Counted from the first letter of the stretch, positions 11,565-26,125 are shown. The stretch is 64,000 bases of DNA from Octopus vulgaris (GCA_951406725.2 OX597825.1:11904001-11968000), one strand, 5' to 3'. The notes: generated by a model not told the origin, from the letters alone. Translations and numbers: made by a program.

Positions 11565-13737
11565 ATAGACACAAATACGTGAATGTACTGATTTTTATGC
11601 GCGTGCGCGTAAAGTTCTTAATCTGCTTACAAATGTACATGATTGAGAAGGTCATTTGTAGGATTCGTCTTCTAAGTAGCTGGACATTGACCTTTCATGG
11701 GCTGGTGGGGATGTAAAGAAAGTGAAAGTGGTGGTAGCGTTAAGAACGGATCGTGTTGTATTGCTGGCATCTGTGCAGAGAATAGGAGTGAGGAAATTAC
11801 TTGTCAATGTAATTAAGTTAGAGTAGATTTGAAGGGAAATTCAGTGGAAGAATAATGAGAAAACGAATATGAAGAACGGAATGTAGAGTGATAGATAAAT
11901 TGATAAATATACATCTAAATACGTGGAATAGATTGTACGAAATCTATTTGGAATTTTATTAAACAAAATTTTATTCTCAATGAACAAAAAACAAATGTAG
12001 TTACTAACAACGACAAATCGTCGAGAGAGTTTGAGTGTAATTGTTCTTGGTGTAATTGTTGCAGCTGTCAAAAAGTTAGCGGTGAATCGTTGAGTTGCGG
12101 TCGCAGATCGTTACTGTTTAGCGTCGGTCCGACATCTCTGTCAGAAAAGCTGTTAGAAAAAAATCTTTATGAAGAAAAGAGTCTTTTTTCGTACAGCACT
12201 GGGGAAAACACGTGTTGACTTATCTCCTTGTCCCTGGAGCAGATGGAGACATCAGTGGAAGATTGTGTTGATATCAATGATATTACAAGCAGCATACTGG
12301 CATCACGTCTGTGCTGGTGAAAAGATTTGATGACTGAGAAGAAGCGTGCTTGGTACATAATCACCAGTGTATCGACAACAGAAATTTAGACGTCGCAGTG
12401 AGGGTACAATAGGGAAAAGTCACCCAGAGAGGGAATTTCCTCAGAGATATATCGGCCTTGTTCATGTCAATTCGTAAGGTTTTGGCAAGCTGAGTCACCA
12501 CTTGTACGAAGATGAGGCTGCGAAATATTCTTTAAACGTCCGTGTCACTCATGACTTGTAAATAGTGCTGACTGCCATTTCTAGCATCGGAGGTTACCAG
12601 TTGTACGAAGAAGACGGAAATCTATTTGGATTTTTAATAAACAAAATATTTTTATTCTTCTCGTACACAAAAGCAAATGTCATTACTACAAATGACGAAA
12701 GGTCGAGAGAGTTTGATATTGTTAGTTGAAATATATCGACACTTACAAACCAGAGTAAGATATTGTTCTGTGTGTAATAATGGTAAGAGTCAAATGTTAT
12801 CTGCTGGTCATTGTGTAGCTGATACGGGTAATTGTTTTTTACCAGCGGTTCGCCATCTCAGTTGACAGTTTGCTATGGTGTTCGTCAATGCTCTCCGTGA
12901 AGTGGCTAACGCGGACTGAATTTATAGTGCTGGATAGGCTCAAAGAGAAAGGCGAGAAGAGATGGAGTTATTACTGGAGCCATTTCTAGGAAAAGTCGTG
13001 GCTAGGTAGATTTTTTTAATCACATGGGTAAAATTCTAGCAAATCGCGAATGTTCATGGGTAATATTCTAGCATATAGAGAACTGAATGCTGAATATACT
13101 CGCTACGAGATCTATAAATAGAGAGGGGAAACCATGAGAAGTTTTTCAGCTAATTATAAGTACTGTTGCCCTCCTTTTCTTCCTCTCCTACGTCATCATC
13201 ATTATCATTATCATGGTATGAATATTACGCCATTATATTCACAATATATATTTCAAATTCAATTAAAAATTTCCTCGTGGAAAAAAATTTAAATTATGAA
13301 ACATTAATAACGAACGCTTCTTTCAAACTAAACTCAGATTGAAATAAATAAATGTAAGATTAGAAAATTTATTTTTCACTTAATAATTAATGGCGAAGTT
13401 ATGGTATGTCTTCTCTTATTAAAGGTGAGACGTTTTATATCACATATATAAGATAAACTTGAAGTGAAGTAACATCGATTTTAACACGAACGATTAAATT
13501 ATTAAGTTATGTCGCTAAAATATAAAATAATGACATACACAAATACATACATACATACATATATATGAATTAGTGTACATTTAAACAGAAAAGAGGTGAA
13601 CCTTAACAGGTCGCCTTAATAATAGAAGGAACAGTGAAAAAGTACAAACCACAGTTAAGAGCAATTTCGAAGGGAATGAAAAAGAAACACATTTACCATG
13701 TTTTATAGCCTGACCTAAGGTTTCGAACTTTAATAAG

Positions 13738-13808
<71 letters not shown>

Positions 13809-14099
13809 ATTGATATATTTAATACGATAGGTAACGTTAACAAACTTAGTGTTAATAACAGCTATCAGGATTAGAAAAGGAAAGACGGTGGAATAGAGTA
13901 ACAGTATGAAGAACTCGATGGCATTTACAAATATTTATCAAAATTGGTTTTTACTTTACATTGAAGTTCAGAAATATTAGGAAATGATAATGAAAGCAAT
14001 ATTAGGAAATGGTTAAGGAAGGGAAAAATACAGATGAAAATTCCATAGAAATGTGGGAATTTTCATTCCATCAGTGAACGTTGTTAAGGGGTAAGAATG

Positions 14100-14640
14100 A
14101 TGAGAAATTTGCACTTACTCTATCCAAATTACACATTTCTACCTGATATTATTAGGGCCCTTAGATATGTCACACACTGCCTCAATAATAATCTTGAGAA
14201 ATTAGGCTTCTAAAAACCAGAAAGGAGAAAGCTAATTCGAAGACTATACATCCAATACATCAAAGGAACTGTAAAAAATCTGTAAAACTTCCCCGAAATA
14301 TATATATGAGCCTGTCTGGATATGCAACTACATGCATGAGACTACATACATAAAACAAAACATACATGTCTGCACAAATACATACATAAATACATACAAA
14401 AATAAACAAACAGGGTGTGCGTTGCGTTAAATGGATGTATCAAGGTTTGAACAGAAATAACCCAACAAAGGGAAAAAAGTTCGACGAAAGCAGAGCAAAC
14501 GGGAAACTAGACGAAATACTCTGTTGCTGATGTTGAAATCCTAACGAAGGAGCCTTGGATCTAGGCTAGAAATCGGTCCTTTCTCTATTGGCAGGAAATC
14601 TTGAAATAAAACTTAATAATGACATACATAAATACATACA
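14100..14640 (+). mobile_element. RLE non-LTR retrotransposon 3' end with (TACA)n tail
   Basis: MRNLHLLYPNYTFLPDIIRALRYVTHCLNNNLEKLGF*KPERRKLIRRLYIQYIKGTVKICKTF resembles the IPIIIGALG..LQ...GT..I end of R4-type ORFs. The 3' UTR is shared with 38010-38360. Confidence 0.65.
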
Positions 14641-15759
14641 AACAAATACACACATACATCTACTTTTATGTGTCTATGTGTACATCTATGCATGTACATA
14701 TTTATACGTGTGTCCTTGTGCGTCCCTTGTGTGTAGTGAGGAAATTAATTGCCAGTCTATCATTATGAAATAAATAGTTGGCTTTAGACAGTTTCTAATG
14801 TTCAGTATTCTATGAGTGCAATAAATCATTCCTATCACGCAGCTAAATAATTAAAAGAATCTCTTTGTTTATCAGAGCTTTCAATATTTCAATCGAAGAA
14901 TTGATTTGAGGAGATTATTTTCTCAGAAAAAGAAATTAGAAAGTAATTATTTTAATGATCTATATTTTTGAAGTAGCTTCATTCAGAGACTTATAAATTT
15001 GAATATTATTTTCGTTATTATTTCCGGGGTTTCATACATCAAATTAGTTTCATTTTATGCTATATACTATAGAAGACAAGTATGTATATAACTTGTGATG
15101 TAACGCGATACGAACATTCAGATATTTAACACTTTATAACTGAGAATATATTTATTTGTTATCGAATAGAGTTTGAGGGGTGTTAATGAAGGGAACTTTT
15201 ATATAACACACAAAAGAAAAATGATGTTATGGTTAACTTAATTATATATCATCAAAAGCCTCTCACCCTAAATGGGCCTATATATAAATTGTTGTATCGC
15301 TAATTATTTTGTCGATACTTGTTTACAGTATAACCATGTAGTAACAATAAAATATATAACGAACCAGGGTAAAAACAACGTAACAATCCCACAAACTCTG
15401 CAGGAAACAATAAACGATATTCCGACAACTACCAAAACTACACCTGCGCAGCCCGCTAATATTTATAGTCGTTTGGTCTGTCTATTCCCGCAGGGAGTGT
15501 CGTGAACCTCGCCACAAAATAAATATATATATATGAATTACGATGAATGTAAACAAAGTTTGCTTTTTAGATGCGTTGGGATGTTTTGAAAGATACAGAA
15601 ATAATTGATTCGCAAACGCAGAATGATACTAACAGAATAGTAGGAACAGGATAAAATATTCATATCTTTTATGAAAAATTTGCTAGCAGTCAGCCATGAG
15701 ACTTGAACTCACATCCCTGTGATTATCGTTCATAGGGTCTCACTCAATAATAATAATTA

Positions 15760-15965
15760 CGAAAGGGCGAGAGAAGGGAAGACCTGAATGATGATGAGTA
15801 CAAGTTCCTCGAGATCCTGGAGCAGGACAATATCTTGCACAGAAAAATGAAACACAAGGTCGCCACTGCAGATTTCAAGCGCCTCAGACTTCTCTTGAAA
15901 TGAAAACTCATCTCAAGGAACCTTGTGACTACCATCAACTTATGGGCTGTTGCTGTAGTGGTGCC
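15760..15965 (+). mobile_element. R4/Dong-type RT internal fragment
   Basis: DDEYKFLEILEQDNILHRKMKHKVATADFKRLRLLLK*KLISRNLVTTINLWAVAVV aligns to YKYLGI...MKEKI...LKSELNARNKVLAINSLAVPVV of the 57-60 kb element. It is preceded by a short (TAA)n. Confidence 0.75.
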
Positions 15966-17397
15966 ACGCAAAGAAGTGGATAATGAAGGTAGCAAAACCC
16001 GTGTTGGCTATTCTATAGAATGTCTGTAGAAATAACCTCAACAAAATAATGTAAGAACATATGTTGGTGCAATAGAACTCGGTACAGACTTATGAAAGCA
16101 CTTTGTATACCTCATAGTATATTGTATTTGCAGAACAAAGTACCACGTACCTAAAAATCTTTAATAAGAATGTAATTTGTGTTTTAGATTTAGATTCTCG
16201 TTTATACGTCAAGATTTGGTTCCTCTAAAATGTTCAAGACTTTTTTTTCTTTGCTCTTTGCTATTCTCTTTGATGCTCTTCTCATTAATCTCTCTTCCGA
16301 CGTGTCTTAACGCACGGTAGAATAACTTCTTCCAGGTTTTGGAATTTTGTGAGTTGTAAATTTGTCAATCACTAGTTTCCTCTGCTTCAACTATTTCACA
16401 TTAAAAATTGTCATGACGTCTTATTTCAAGGCAGCGAAATAACAGAATCAAAAGTACGCCTAATAAAATACTTCGCTTTTCTTCCGTTTTTACGTTCTAA
16501 TTTCAAATTCCATCGAGGCTAACATTGTCATTAATCTTTTCGGGATTGATAAAATAAGCGGTATTTGAGTACTGGAATCAATGTAATTGATTACAATGTG
16601 TCACAATTTTTTTTAAAATTTTGTCTTTGGACAGCAAATGCTATTTCCTGTCTATTTCTGTCTAGAAATGAAAGAAAATAACTACAAACCCTTTAAAACT
16701 TTGCATTTGTGACCTATTTTCCATTACATGTTAGACAAATTCAGCGCTGAGTTGCTGAAGCAGAAATATTGTTATAGCAAATATTCTGCTCCATGTCACA
16801 TATTTCTTTGTCAGTTGCTTGACTTTACCCACTTCAGTATGTCCTTTAGTGGCTGACAATGTGTGCATCTCTGATCACGAACAGGAGTAGTGGGGGAGCA
16901 TCATAGCCATGTGCTGAGAGGGATTCTTTGGGATTTGAATAAATGTAACACACGCAAAATTTCAAGGAAATATTAGAATTTTTCATACTTTCTAGCGGTA
17001 AACAAATAGGAAATAATAGTAAAAAGGGCAAAAATTATGTTACACAAGGTTATCTACCTTGCTCCAAATTTTCGGTCATGTGCCCATATTAGAACGAATT
17101 ATTACCACTTCAAGAAGCAAGAGAGAAGAATCGTTAGCGGTTTTATCCTTACTCTAAATCTTTATGATCTGAGATCAGATCCTGCCGGGGTCAACTTTGA
17201 CTTTCATTGCTTTGTGGTCGATAAAATTGAGTCAAGTACTTGGATCAATCAACTCACCCACTCTCCCGAGAATTGCGGGCCTTTTGCAAACACATTAGAA
17301 AGTATTAAAACTATTGACTTTTACACGCAACATTTATCGTCTTCCTTCTTGAAAATTTTTGAAATGGAGAGAAGTAGTAATGTGTAGTTCCTTCTCT

Positions 17398-17819
17398 GGA
17401 TCTCTTCGGTTTGAAGGGCAGTTTTTAACATAATGTTTATGTAAATAAAAAACTTTAAACTTCGTATACTGGTAGAATGTGTTTATTAAACATCTTTTTC
17501 ACTTTGTTTTATTGAGAACATTCTATAGTTTGTAAGATATTTGTTTTTTTTCTTCAATTTCTGCAATTTCAACCAATCAATTACGTCTATTGAGGTAAAA
17601 AGCATTCTGTGCCGTATGAATATGTCCCTCGTTCAAGAAACAGATTGGGTTTATTTACATTTGTGTCGAAAAAAAGATACCTCCCCCCACCCCTAACCCT
17701 AACTAAACCTAAACCTAAAAGAGATAGAAATGCAATAGATCGATACTAGGATCATAATTATGGGTGACAATTTCATATGACACCACTAGAAAAACTGCCG
17801 TTCAAACCGAAAAGATTCC
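17398..17819. mobile_element. MITE with TIRs of about 29 bp, a 7(-8)-bp TSD and internal telomere-like repeats
   Basis: TIRs ggatctcttcggtttgaagggcagttttt and aaaaactgccgttcaaaccgaaaagattcc; TSD cttctct at 17391-17397 and 17820-17826; ccctaaccctaactaaacctaaacctaa at about 17691-17718. Confidence 0.85.
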
Positions 17820-19454
17820 CTTCTCTCGTTCATTGCTGGCATTTCCTTGGAACACTCTTTGACGTTGTCACTTTGGGTATGAATGTACTAGGGTCTTGCA
17901 GCCATTTGGTGACCGAATTTTGTGCGTGACGTTATCTGTTATGTTATTTGTGTCATGATAGAATCAACATGTTGTCTGATGAATAACACAACGATGCTGG
18001 TTTTGCTTGTGTTTGTATAACCAGCTTTTTTCCATCTGCTTAGATTGAAAAACAAAAAAACGCAAAACTTTAAATGAGGCTTTCACCCTTGCTTAATTTT
18101 GTTCCATAAAATCTATTAACATTTCTCTTTTATTAATTACACATTTTTTCGATTTATTTTATTTCTAGATGCGCTTTGATCTAGTGCAACTAAAATTACA
18201 CCTTCCGTTTCTGTCTTTGATCCTCACATTATTTCCTGTCTGTTTAGTTTTACCCAATGAGAGATTTTTTTTTTCTTTTCATATTTTCATTAGGTTATTT
18301 TTTTAAAAACTCTGCAGAGATTTGATAATTAGATTTTATCAGCAAAACCAGCAGAATTATCAGAACCAGCAGAACCATCACGTTACTGGAGAGAAGCTAT
18401 TTCGATTCTATTATGTAAAATTGCTGATATTAATTAATTAGCCCCTTCAGAGCCTGTTTTTTTCTCTGCTGTGTTTTTCCCAAGAATGTGTAAAGATTTT
18501 TGAATAATGTTTATAAGTCACCATATTAAAAAAATAAACATACTTCATGTAAAATATTCGAGGATCTTTTGTTCATCATAATAAATAATACTAACCACGT
18601 TAAGGAAGTTGATCAAATAAGGCAGAAATAATTAAGGAAATAGTTCCAGAGACCTTACAGAATAGAGTCGAAAATGGGAAAAGTATTAAAAGTATTAAAA
18701 GATATTTCAAGAAATTTCGAAGGTGCGCCATAGAAGCATTTTTATCACGCAACATGTCTCTAATATGAAATCCAATTAATTTTGATTAATTAATTTCAAC
18801 AAGCAAATTTGTATTTATTCAAGCTTTAGCTTATACGTCTCGAATTTTAAAACATACATAAGATTTATGATCTGCGTCTGAAGAAATAAGTTATTATTGA
18901 ACTAACATCGTAAATGGCAGGCAACAAGCAGGCTTGAATAGTATTAGAAAACAATGGATATTAGTAATGGCGTTCATCGCCAAAATGCAATTTTAAATAC
19001 AATCTCAAAAAAAAAAAAAAGATTTATCTTATCTGACGGCACACAAGTCTATAAGACATTGTCTGAGGAATTTGAGGAAAAGCTTCTAATTCTTGTCTTA
19101 GAGGATGGACATATATTAGTAAGAAAATAATGGAATTAAACTAAATTCTGAATATAGCTACCCGAGGCACACATTTGTAAGCACAGACATAAGTTATTGC
19201 TTGTGGAAATAGACAACAAAATGCATGTATTTAGATCAATATTGGCAACAGACTAATTCCAAACGTCAATTATTAACGGTCAAATGAGAATATGATAAAC
19301 ACGGACGACGCCGGAACAGATTTTACAAAATCATATAGGACTATACACCGCATTCAACTGAGGCCCGTTCAAGCTTGCAAAACATGTGTATTTGAGATCC
19401 GGCAAAACATCAAACAACGAAATACACGTAGTGAGTAACATAATATATCCATAT

Positions 19455-19675
19455 AGAATAATCCGTCGAATATCGCGGTTGATACGTTCCAGAATCCCGC
19501 GCGATACGTGAAAATCCGCGAAATAGAATCAGTACCGTATTGTATATTTTTAATTACTATTATAATTTGTATATATTTATTTTATTACAAATGAACACAA
19601 GTCCACGGAGGAATCGACGTGAGCTTAAATAAGAAACCGAGATAGGTGAACCCAAATATGGCGAGAGATTACTCC
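19455..19675. mobile_element. Tigger/pogo-like MITE relic
   Basis: gaataatccgtcgaatatcgcggtt ... gataggtgaacccaaatatggcgagagattact; a related end ataggtgaaccgcaatatgtcgagtgattactgta lies at 24301-24335. Confidence 0.5.
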
Positions 19676-19932
19676 ATTATAATTATTGAGTGTGAGAACG
19701 ATGGATGCCATGTGATAGACACTGGGGTACGAATATACGAAACCCAATATACCGATCGTGATTAGCCACCTGATAAGGGTACAACAGGCACATGCATGGT
19801 AACCATATGTTAAACATCGGATGGCCTTGCGCGTGGGGCCCAGTTAGAAGTTTCTTCAGGTTTAGTAGCTCATCCCGCTCAAAAGTTCCCTGAGTGAGTC
19901 TTGTTTAAAGATGAACATATTAATATTATCAT

Positions 19933-20075
19933 TCTTCTTCTTCTTCTTCTTCTTCTTCTTCTTCTTCTTCTTCTTCTTCTTCTTCTTCTTCTTCTTCTTC
20001 TTCTTCTTCTTCTTCTTCTTCTTCTTCTTCTTCGTCTTCTTCTTCTTCTTCTTCTTCTTCTTATTATTATTATTC
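19933..20075. repeat. (CTT)n microsatellite followed by (TTA)n
   Basis: Near-perfect run directly adjoining the tail of the LINE at 20076. Confidence 0.95.
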
Positions 20076-20892
20076 AGTAGTTTTATTTTTATAGCATGCT
20101 TTCACTTCACTACTGAGCGCAGCTCTGTGTGCCTTGGGTATGTGCTGTGATTTGTTGTGATGCTCTGATGGTTATTGTATGGAAAGTGTTCTGCGTAGGA
20201 TGTGTGCAGTGCCTAGTAGTGCAATTTTCTGTATGTTAGATGTGTTTGTAAGTCCTGGTGTTTTTGTTATGAATTTGTCTGAATATTTGTTTATCATGCC
20301 TAATGCACCTACTATGATAGGGATTGTTTCTGTTTTCAGATTCCACATTCTAGTTACCTCTATTTCCAGGTCTTTGTATTTTGAGAGTTTCTCCATTTCT
20401 TTTGAGAGACACGTTGTCATCTGCCGGTATTGATACATCAATTAGAAAGCATTTTTTTCTTCATGGTCTCTGACAACTATATCTGGTCTGTTGGCCTTAA
20501 TTTCTCTATCTGTGTGTATCGGCATATCCGAGAGTATGGTTGCTTTCTCGTTTTCTGTGACCTTTTCTGGTGTGTGCCTATACCATCTTTTTTCTGTTGT
20601 TATTCCATAATGTTGGCATAGCTTCCAATGTATGTAGGTTCCAACTCTGTCATGTCTGTGAATGTATTCCTTCTTAGCCAGGACTGGGCAGCTAGAGATA
20701 ATATGATTTATTGTTTCTTGTCCATCTCCACATATTCTGCAGTTACTTGTAATATTTCTTTTCATTACATGTTTTTGGTAATTTCTGGTGGGGAGGCTTT
20801 GGTCTTGTGCTGCAATTAAAAATCCCTCTGTTTCTGCTTTGAGTCCTGAGCTTCTCAACCATTGCTGGGATTTTTCTTTGTCTATTTCTTTT
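20076..20892 (-). mobile_element. 5'-truncated R4/Dong-type LINE (zinc knuckle, RLE and 3' UTR), frameshifted
   Basis: WLRSSGLKAETEGFLIAAQDQSL..CRICGDGQETINHIISSC..RHD..RPDIV..KLSKYKDLEIE..IPIIVGALG..LLGTAHILRRTLS; (TAA)n on both flanks. Confidence 0.92.
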
Positions 20893-21834
20893 ATTATTAT
20901 TAATATTATTATTATTATTTAAGACGTCGCACAGTATCTAATATCATGATGTTGATTGTAGATATTCTGCGTACCGGAGGTTTCTACTGTCAGCCAATTT
21001 ACGACAAGGGTCTCAAAGAACCGAAATATCATGAAATTAAACTACAGTAGAGAAATATAGAAAAAAGAAAATACTTGATGCAGATTCACACATACAGATA
21101 TACATGGTATTACAAGGAATACGTTGATAATTTTAAAGAATTCTATGAATTTTCATTCAACAAAGGAATATTAGAAATACGAGCTTTTATTAAAAGTTTC
21201 AATAAAAGATAGCAGGTGTGGATGTAATAGAATACAGTCGTACGTTGTAGTTGAAGACATTAATTAGGATAGGTACACAATACATAAATGGAAATGTTAG
21301 ACTCTTACGGACTATAAAGAAATTGTCTTGAAAAGCCAGTAACATGACAGATATAATAATTGTGTAACCCATATTTGAGAAAGTAGTGTACTTCAACATA
21401 GATTGTTCACGATCATCTTGTGTAACGTGGCCATATGCTTTCGTAAGTTAATGTATAGGAACTTTTCGGAATTAATTTTCGTAATTGTGCAATTTTCATC
21501 AGAAAAACTTAGCAATATGTAACTGTTATCTTGCAAAGGATTTCCGTTTGGTGTTAAAATATATTTGTGCGCGCGCAGACACACGTACACACAGAAACAT
21601 GCTCAGTGTTGTATACTTACACACATATACACACATGCTCAGTGATACACACACACATGCACAGTGCTATATAGACGCGCGCACATATATTTAGACTTAT
21701 GTGTATATATAGACTGTGTATAATATATATATATATATATATAGGAGAGAAAAATTATAAAAAGGCAGAATGCTAAATTAAAGGTAAATCTTAATAAAAA
21801 GGGGTGTATGGAAAGTTAATCCCACAATTTATTG

Positions 21835-21951
<117 letters not shown>

Positions 21952-22189
21952 GATTTTGTGTGTACGAGCTTATGGATAGTCATGAATCTAATAATAAAGG
22001 TGAGAAAGAGTTCTTGAGACTAATGTTTTATTTACGTTTACTTAAGATGTCTTCCTGCGTGTGTGAATATATGTGTTGTGCCTAGAATGTGTGTGCGATG
22101 CATGTGAGTGCGATGCATATGTGTAAACATTTGAAGGTATTTGTCTATGTACGTGTATACGCGTTCAAAGTCAAATATATGCAACCATG

Positions 22190-22566
22190 CTGCTCCTCTT
22201 TCAACCCGGGCTCGGAAGCACTCCGTCGGTTACGACGACGAGGGGTCTCGTTGATCCGATCAACGGAACAGCCTGCTCGTGTACCTTTAACGTAGTTCTC
22301 GGGGATATTCAGCGTGACACAGAGAGTGACAAGGCCGGCCCCTTGAAATACATGTACAACAGAAACAGGAAGTAAGAGTGAGAGAAAGTTGTGGTGAAAG
22401 AGTACAGCAGAGATCACCACGATCCCTGCCGGAACACGTGGAGCTTTAGGTGTTTTCGCTCAATAAACACTCAAAACACCCGGTCTGGGAATCGGTCTGG
22501 GAATCGAAACCGCGATCCTACGACCGCGAGTCCGTTGCCCTAACCACTGGGCCATTGCGCCTCCAC
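22190..22566 (-). mobile_element. tRNA-derived SINE (family 2)
   Basis: Minus-strand head gtggaggcgcaatggcccagtggttaggg...cggtttcgattccc has A and B boxes; the 3' body is shared with 43190-43454 and 55860-56188. Confidence 0.85.
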
Positions 22567-22714
22567 TAATTCGGGCTTACAATTTTGAAGACGCGATTGC
22601 ATGCAACGCTCATTTTACCCATCTTTCGCTTTCCCAGCCTTCCAAAAATGCAACCATGACTACGATGCTTTACTTTATACTCCTTTTGATTCTCTATTGA
22701 TATACATATGCGGT

Positions 22715-22975
22715 TTGTGTAATAGGCTCCCGATCGTAAGGTCGTGCGTACGATTCCCGGCGGCGCGTTGTGTCCTTCTGCAAGTCACTTTATTTCACCT
22801 TGTTCCAGTTCGCTGAGCTAGCAAAATTTCACTTGTACCTGTAATTCAAAAGGCCCGCCTTGTCGCATTGTGTGCCACACTGAATCGGTCTGAGAACTAC
22901 CTTTGATGGTACGCGTGGCGTGTCTGTGGAGTATTCAGCCACTTCCACATTAGTTTCACGAGCAGGCTGGACTAC
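22715..22975 (+). mobile_element. tRNA-derived CORE-like SINE, diverged
   Basis: cgattcccggcggcgcgttgtgtccttctgcaagtcactttatttcac matches the body of 55860-56188. Confidence 0.75.
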
Positions 22976-23320
22976 TGCGGATGTTACATTCCCAATCGCC
23001 TCGCAATAGATGAAAATCCGCAAAGTAGAAACATTGCTGTATATTTTTCACCATTACTTTTATAATTTGTACATATATTTATTTTAGTATAAATATAAAA
23101 CAACACCACACGATCGCCTCCCGAGCTTCGTTTTCCATACAGTATGTGCAATCCTTTACTCATCAATGGCACGCTTCGTATTTTTAGGAAATATATTTTA
23201 ACGAATGTGTTATACAGTGCAGTGCTGTACTGTATTTTTATTTATTAATATTTTAAATTTTTAGGCGTGAAAATGCTTATTTTACCACAGAAATAATTAA
23301 AATCTAAAAGAAATATAAAT

Positions 23321-23473
23321 AGGCGCAGTGTGGTAGGTAACTTGCTTAACAACCACATGGTTCCGGGTTCAGTCCCACTGCGTGGCACTTTGGGCAAGTG
23401 TCTTCAACTATAGCCTCAGGTTGACCAAAGCCTTGCGAGTGGATTTAGTAGATGGAAACTGAAAGAAGCCGTC

Positions 23474-23557
<84 letters not shown>

Positions 23558-23780
23558 TGTGTTTGTGTGTGTTTGTGTGTCTGTGTTTGTCCCGCCCCCA
23601 ACATCGCTTCACAACCGATGCTGTTGTGGCTACGTCCCTGTAGCTTAGCGGTTCGGCCCAAAAGAAACCACTAGAATAAGTACTAGGCTTACAAAGAATA
23701 AGTGCCTGGGTCGATTTCCTCGACTAAAGGCGGTGCTCCAGCATGGCCGCAGTCAAATGACTGAAACAAGTAAAAGAATA
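23321..23780 (+). mobile_element. Microsatellite-core tRNA-SINE (family 1), near full length
   Basis: tRNA-like head with B box ggttcagtccc, internal (TA)n(TG)n, and conserved 3' ...cagtcaaatgactgaaacaagtaaaagaata. Confidence 0.9.
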
Positions 23781-23842
23781 TCTATCGGCCGCAGAAACAA
23801 GTAATATACTGAGGTGACCACGATATAAATTAACACATATTA

Positions 23843-24258
23843 TTTCTTTACTGCCCAGAAGGGGCTAAACATAGAGGGGACAAACAAGGACAGACGAAGG
23901 AATTGAGTCGATTATATCGACCCCAGTGCGAAACTGGTACTTTATTTATCGACCCCGAAAGTATGAAAGGCAAAGTTGACGTCGGCGGAATTTGAACTCA
24001 CAACGTAACGACAGACGAAATACCTATTTCTTTATTACCCGCAAGGGGCTAAACACAGAGGGGACAAACAAGGACAGACATAGGTATTAAGTCGATTACA
24101 TCGACCCCAGTGCGGAACTGGTACTTAATTTATCGACCCCGAAAGGATGAAAGGCAAAGTTGACCTCGGCGGGATTTGAACTCAGAACGTAACGACAGAC
24201 GAAATACCGCTAAGTATTTCGCCCGGCGCGCTAACGTTTCTGCCAGCTCGCCGCCTTC
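23843..24258 (-). mobile_element. Dimeric Nin-domain SINE (family 3) with 10-bp TSD
   Basis: Two tandem units of about 185 bp, each with gcctttcatc(c/a)tttcggggtcgataaa..aagtaccag (Nin domain); TSD acacatatta at 23833-23842 and 24259-24268. Confidence 0.9.
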
Positions 24259-25103
24259 ACACATATTAGCCAGAAGAATCGGCGATGTACTGAGGGCGCC
24301 ATAGGTGAACCGCAATATGTCGAGTGATTACTGTACGGTAAAACATAAACATACGTATATATATATAATAAGCGCATACATATGAACGACTATGTATGTG
24401 CGTATGTATACGCATGTGTATAGTTGTGGAGGGTATGAAATGTCCGCGTCTGCGTATGTGTAGTTCGAAGGTGATTGCAAAAAATGTTACTGGTCAGTAA
24501 TCTTCCTCGACTGTTAGTTTTCCCAGAAAATAAGTAAAAAAAATACAAACTTGCATCTACGTCTGAAGCCTACATTTAATAGACTTTGCTGTTCACATGT
24601 CTAAAACTACTGCTGCTAGTTATTTATTATTCATAGCTGGCATTAACCTCTAAGGAACGGTAGTGCCTGATGAAGAGATATTATATAATGCTTGCATGAA
24701 GAGGAAATGCTTGCAGTGCTAAGAAGTTCAAGAACGAGATACCAACCAGCTATTAAGAAACTGTAACGCACACACAACCTTTTCTGACTTTCAGTCTTTT
24801 TCTTCTTTTTTGTTGCCTATCCCCTTTTTTCCCTTGCACGTAGGTGAGTTCTTGTGCGTGTATCTGTGTGCATGTGTGTGTGCGAATGTGTGCGCTTTGT
24901 CTTGTTCAGTAAACATACTTTATTTACACTTATATATATACATACGACAATTGCATATATATATATATATATGAACACTCACACGTATGCATATAGGTAT
25001 GGGTATACGACAACAAAAATAGTAAATCGTATATACAAGCATAGTTGTATACCGAAGTAAATATTCAGCATATATGCATATATACTTACACACATACCTA
25101 CGC

Positions 25104-25174
<71 letters not shown>

Positions 25175-25282
25175 ATGTACCTAGAGGCGTATAAACGTAC
25201 ATTTACGCATATATGTATATAGGCTCATATGCGTTTTTATATATAAATATGCATATGTATATATTTATATGCAATACATATG

Positions 25283-25333
<51 letters not shown>

Positions 25334-25357
25334 GTATGCATGTATATCGCTGTATGC

Positions 25358-25408
<51 letters not shown>

Positions 25409-25426
25409 TATGTATTTATATATAAA

Positions 25427-25483
<57 letters not shown>

Positions 25484-25962
25484 ATATGTGTGTATATCTA
25501 TATATAAGTGTATATATATATATATACATACGTATACACACACGTATACATACAAACCCACACACACACACACACACATGTATATATATATATATATATA
25601 ATAACTTAAATACATGCACATTTATACGTGTATGCATGCATTTTTGTGTGCAACTAAGTGTGTATCTGTGTACATAGAGAAGTAGGGGTGTATTTTATAC
25701 GAACAGTCGTTCACTGAATACCAAACATTCAGCTATTTCTATGACTATGCCAATTCCAATGTTAACGCAGCAAATCTAATCAGTAGCACCAGATTGGTAA
25801 TCCACTCTATATTTTACGGCATATATCTGTGCATGTGTAATAAATCTGTGTGCATCCATATACATATGTATATATGCGTCGAGAGGCGGAGAGAGGGAGA
25901 GAGGCAGAGAGCGAGAAAGAGAGGGGGAGAGAGACACTCGCACACACATATATATATGTATG

Positions 25963-26125
<163 letters not shown>

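Noticed and set aside
24661-24710. CTGATGA hammerhead core
   Set aside because: No stem II closing onto a GAAA box.
25730-25800. miR-29-like TAGCACCA and miR-153-like seed matches
   Set aside because: Matches stop after the seed and there is no precursor hairpin.
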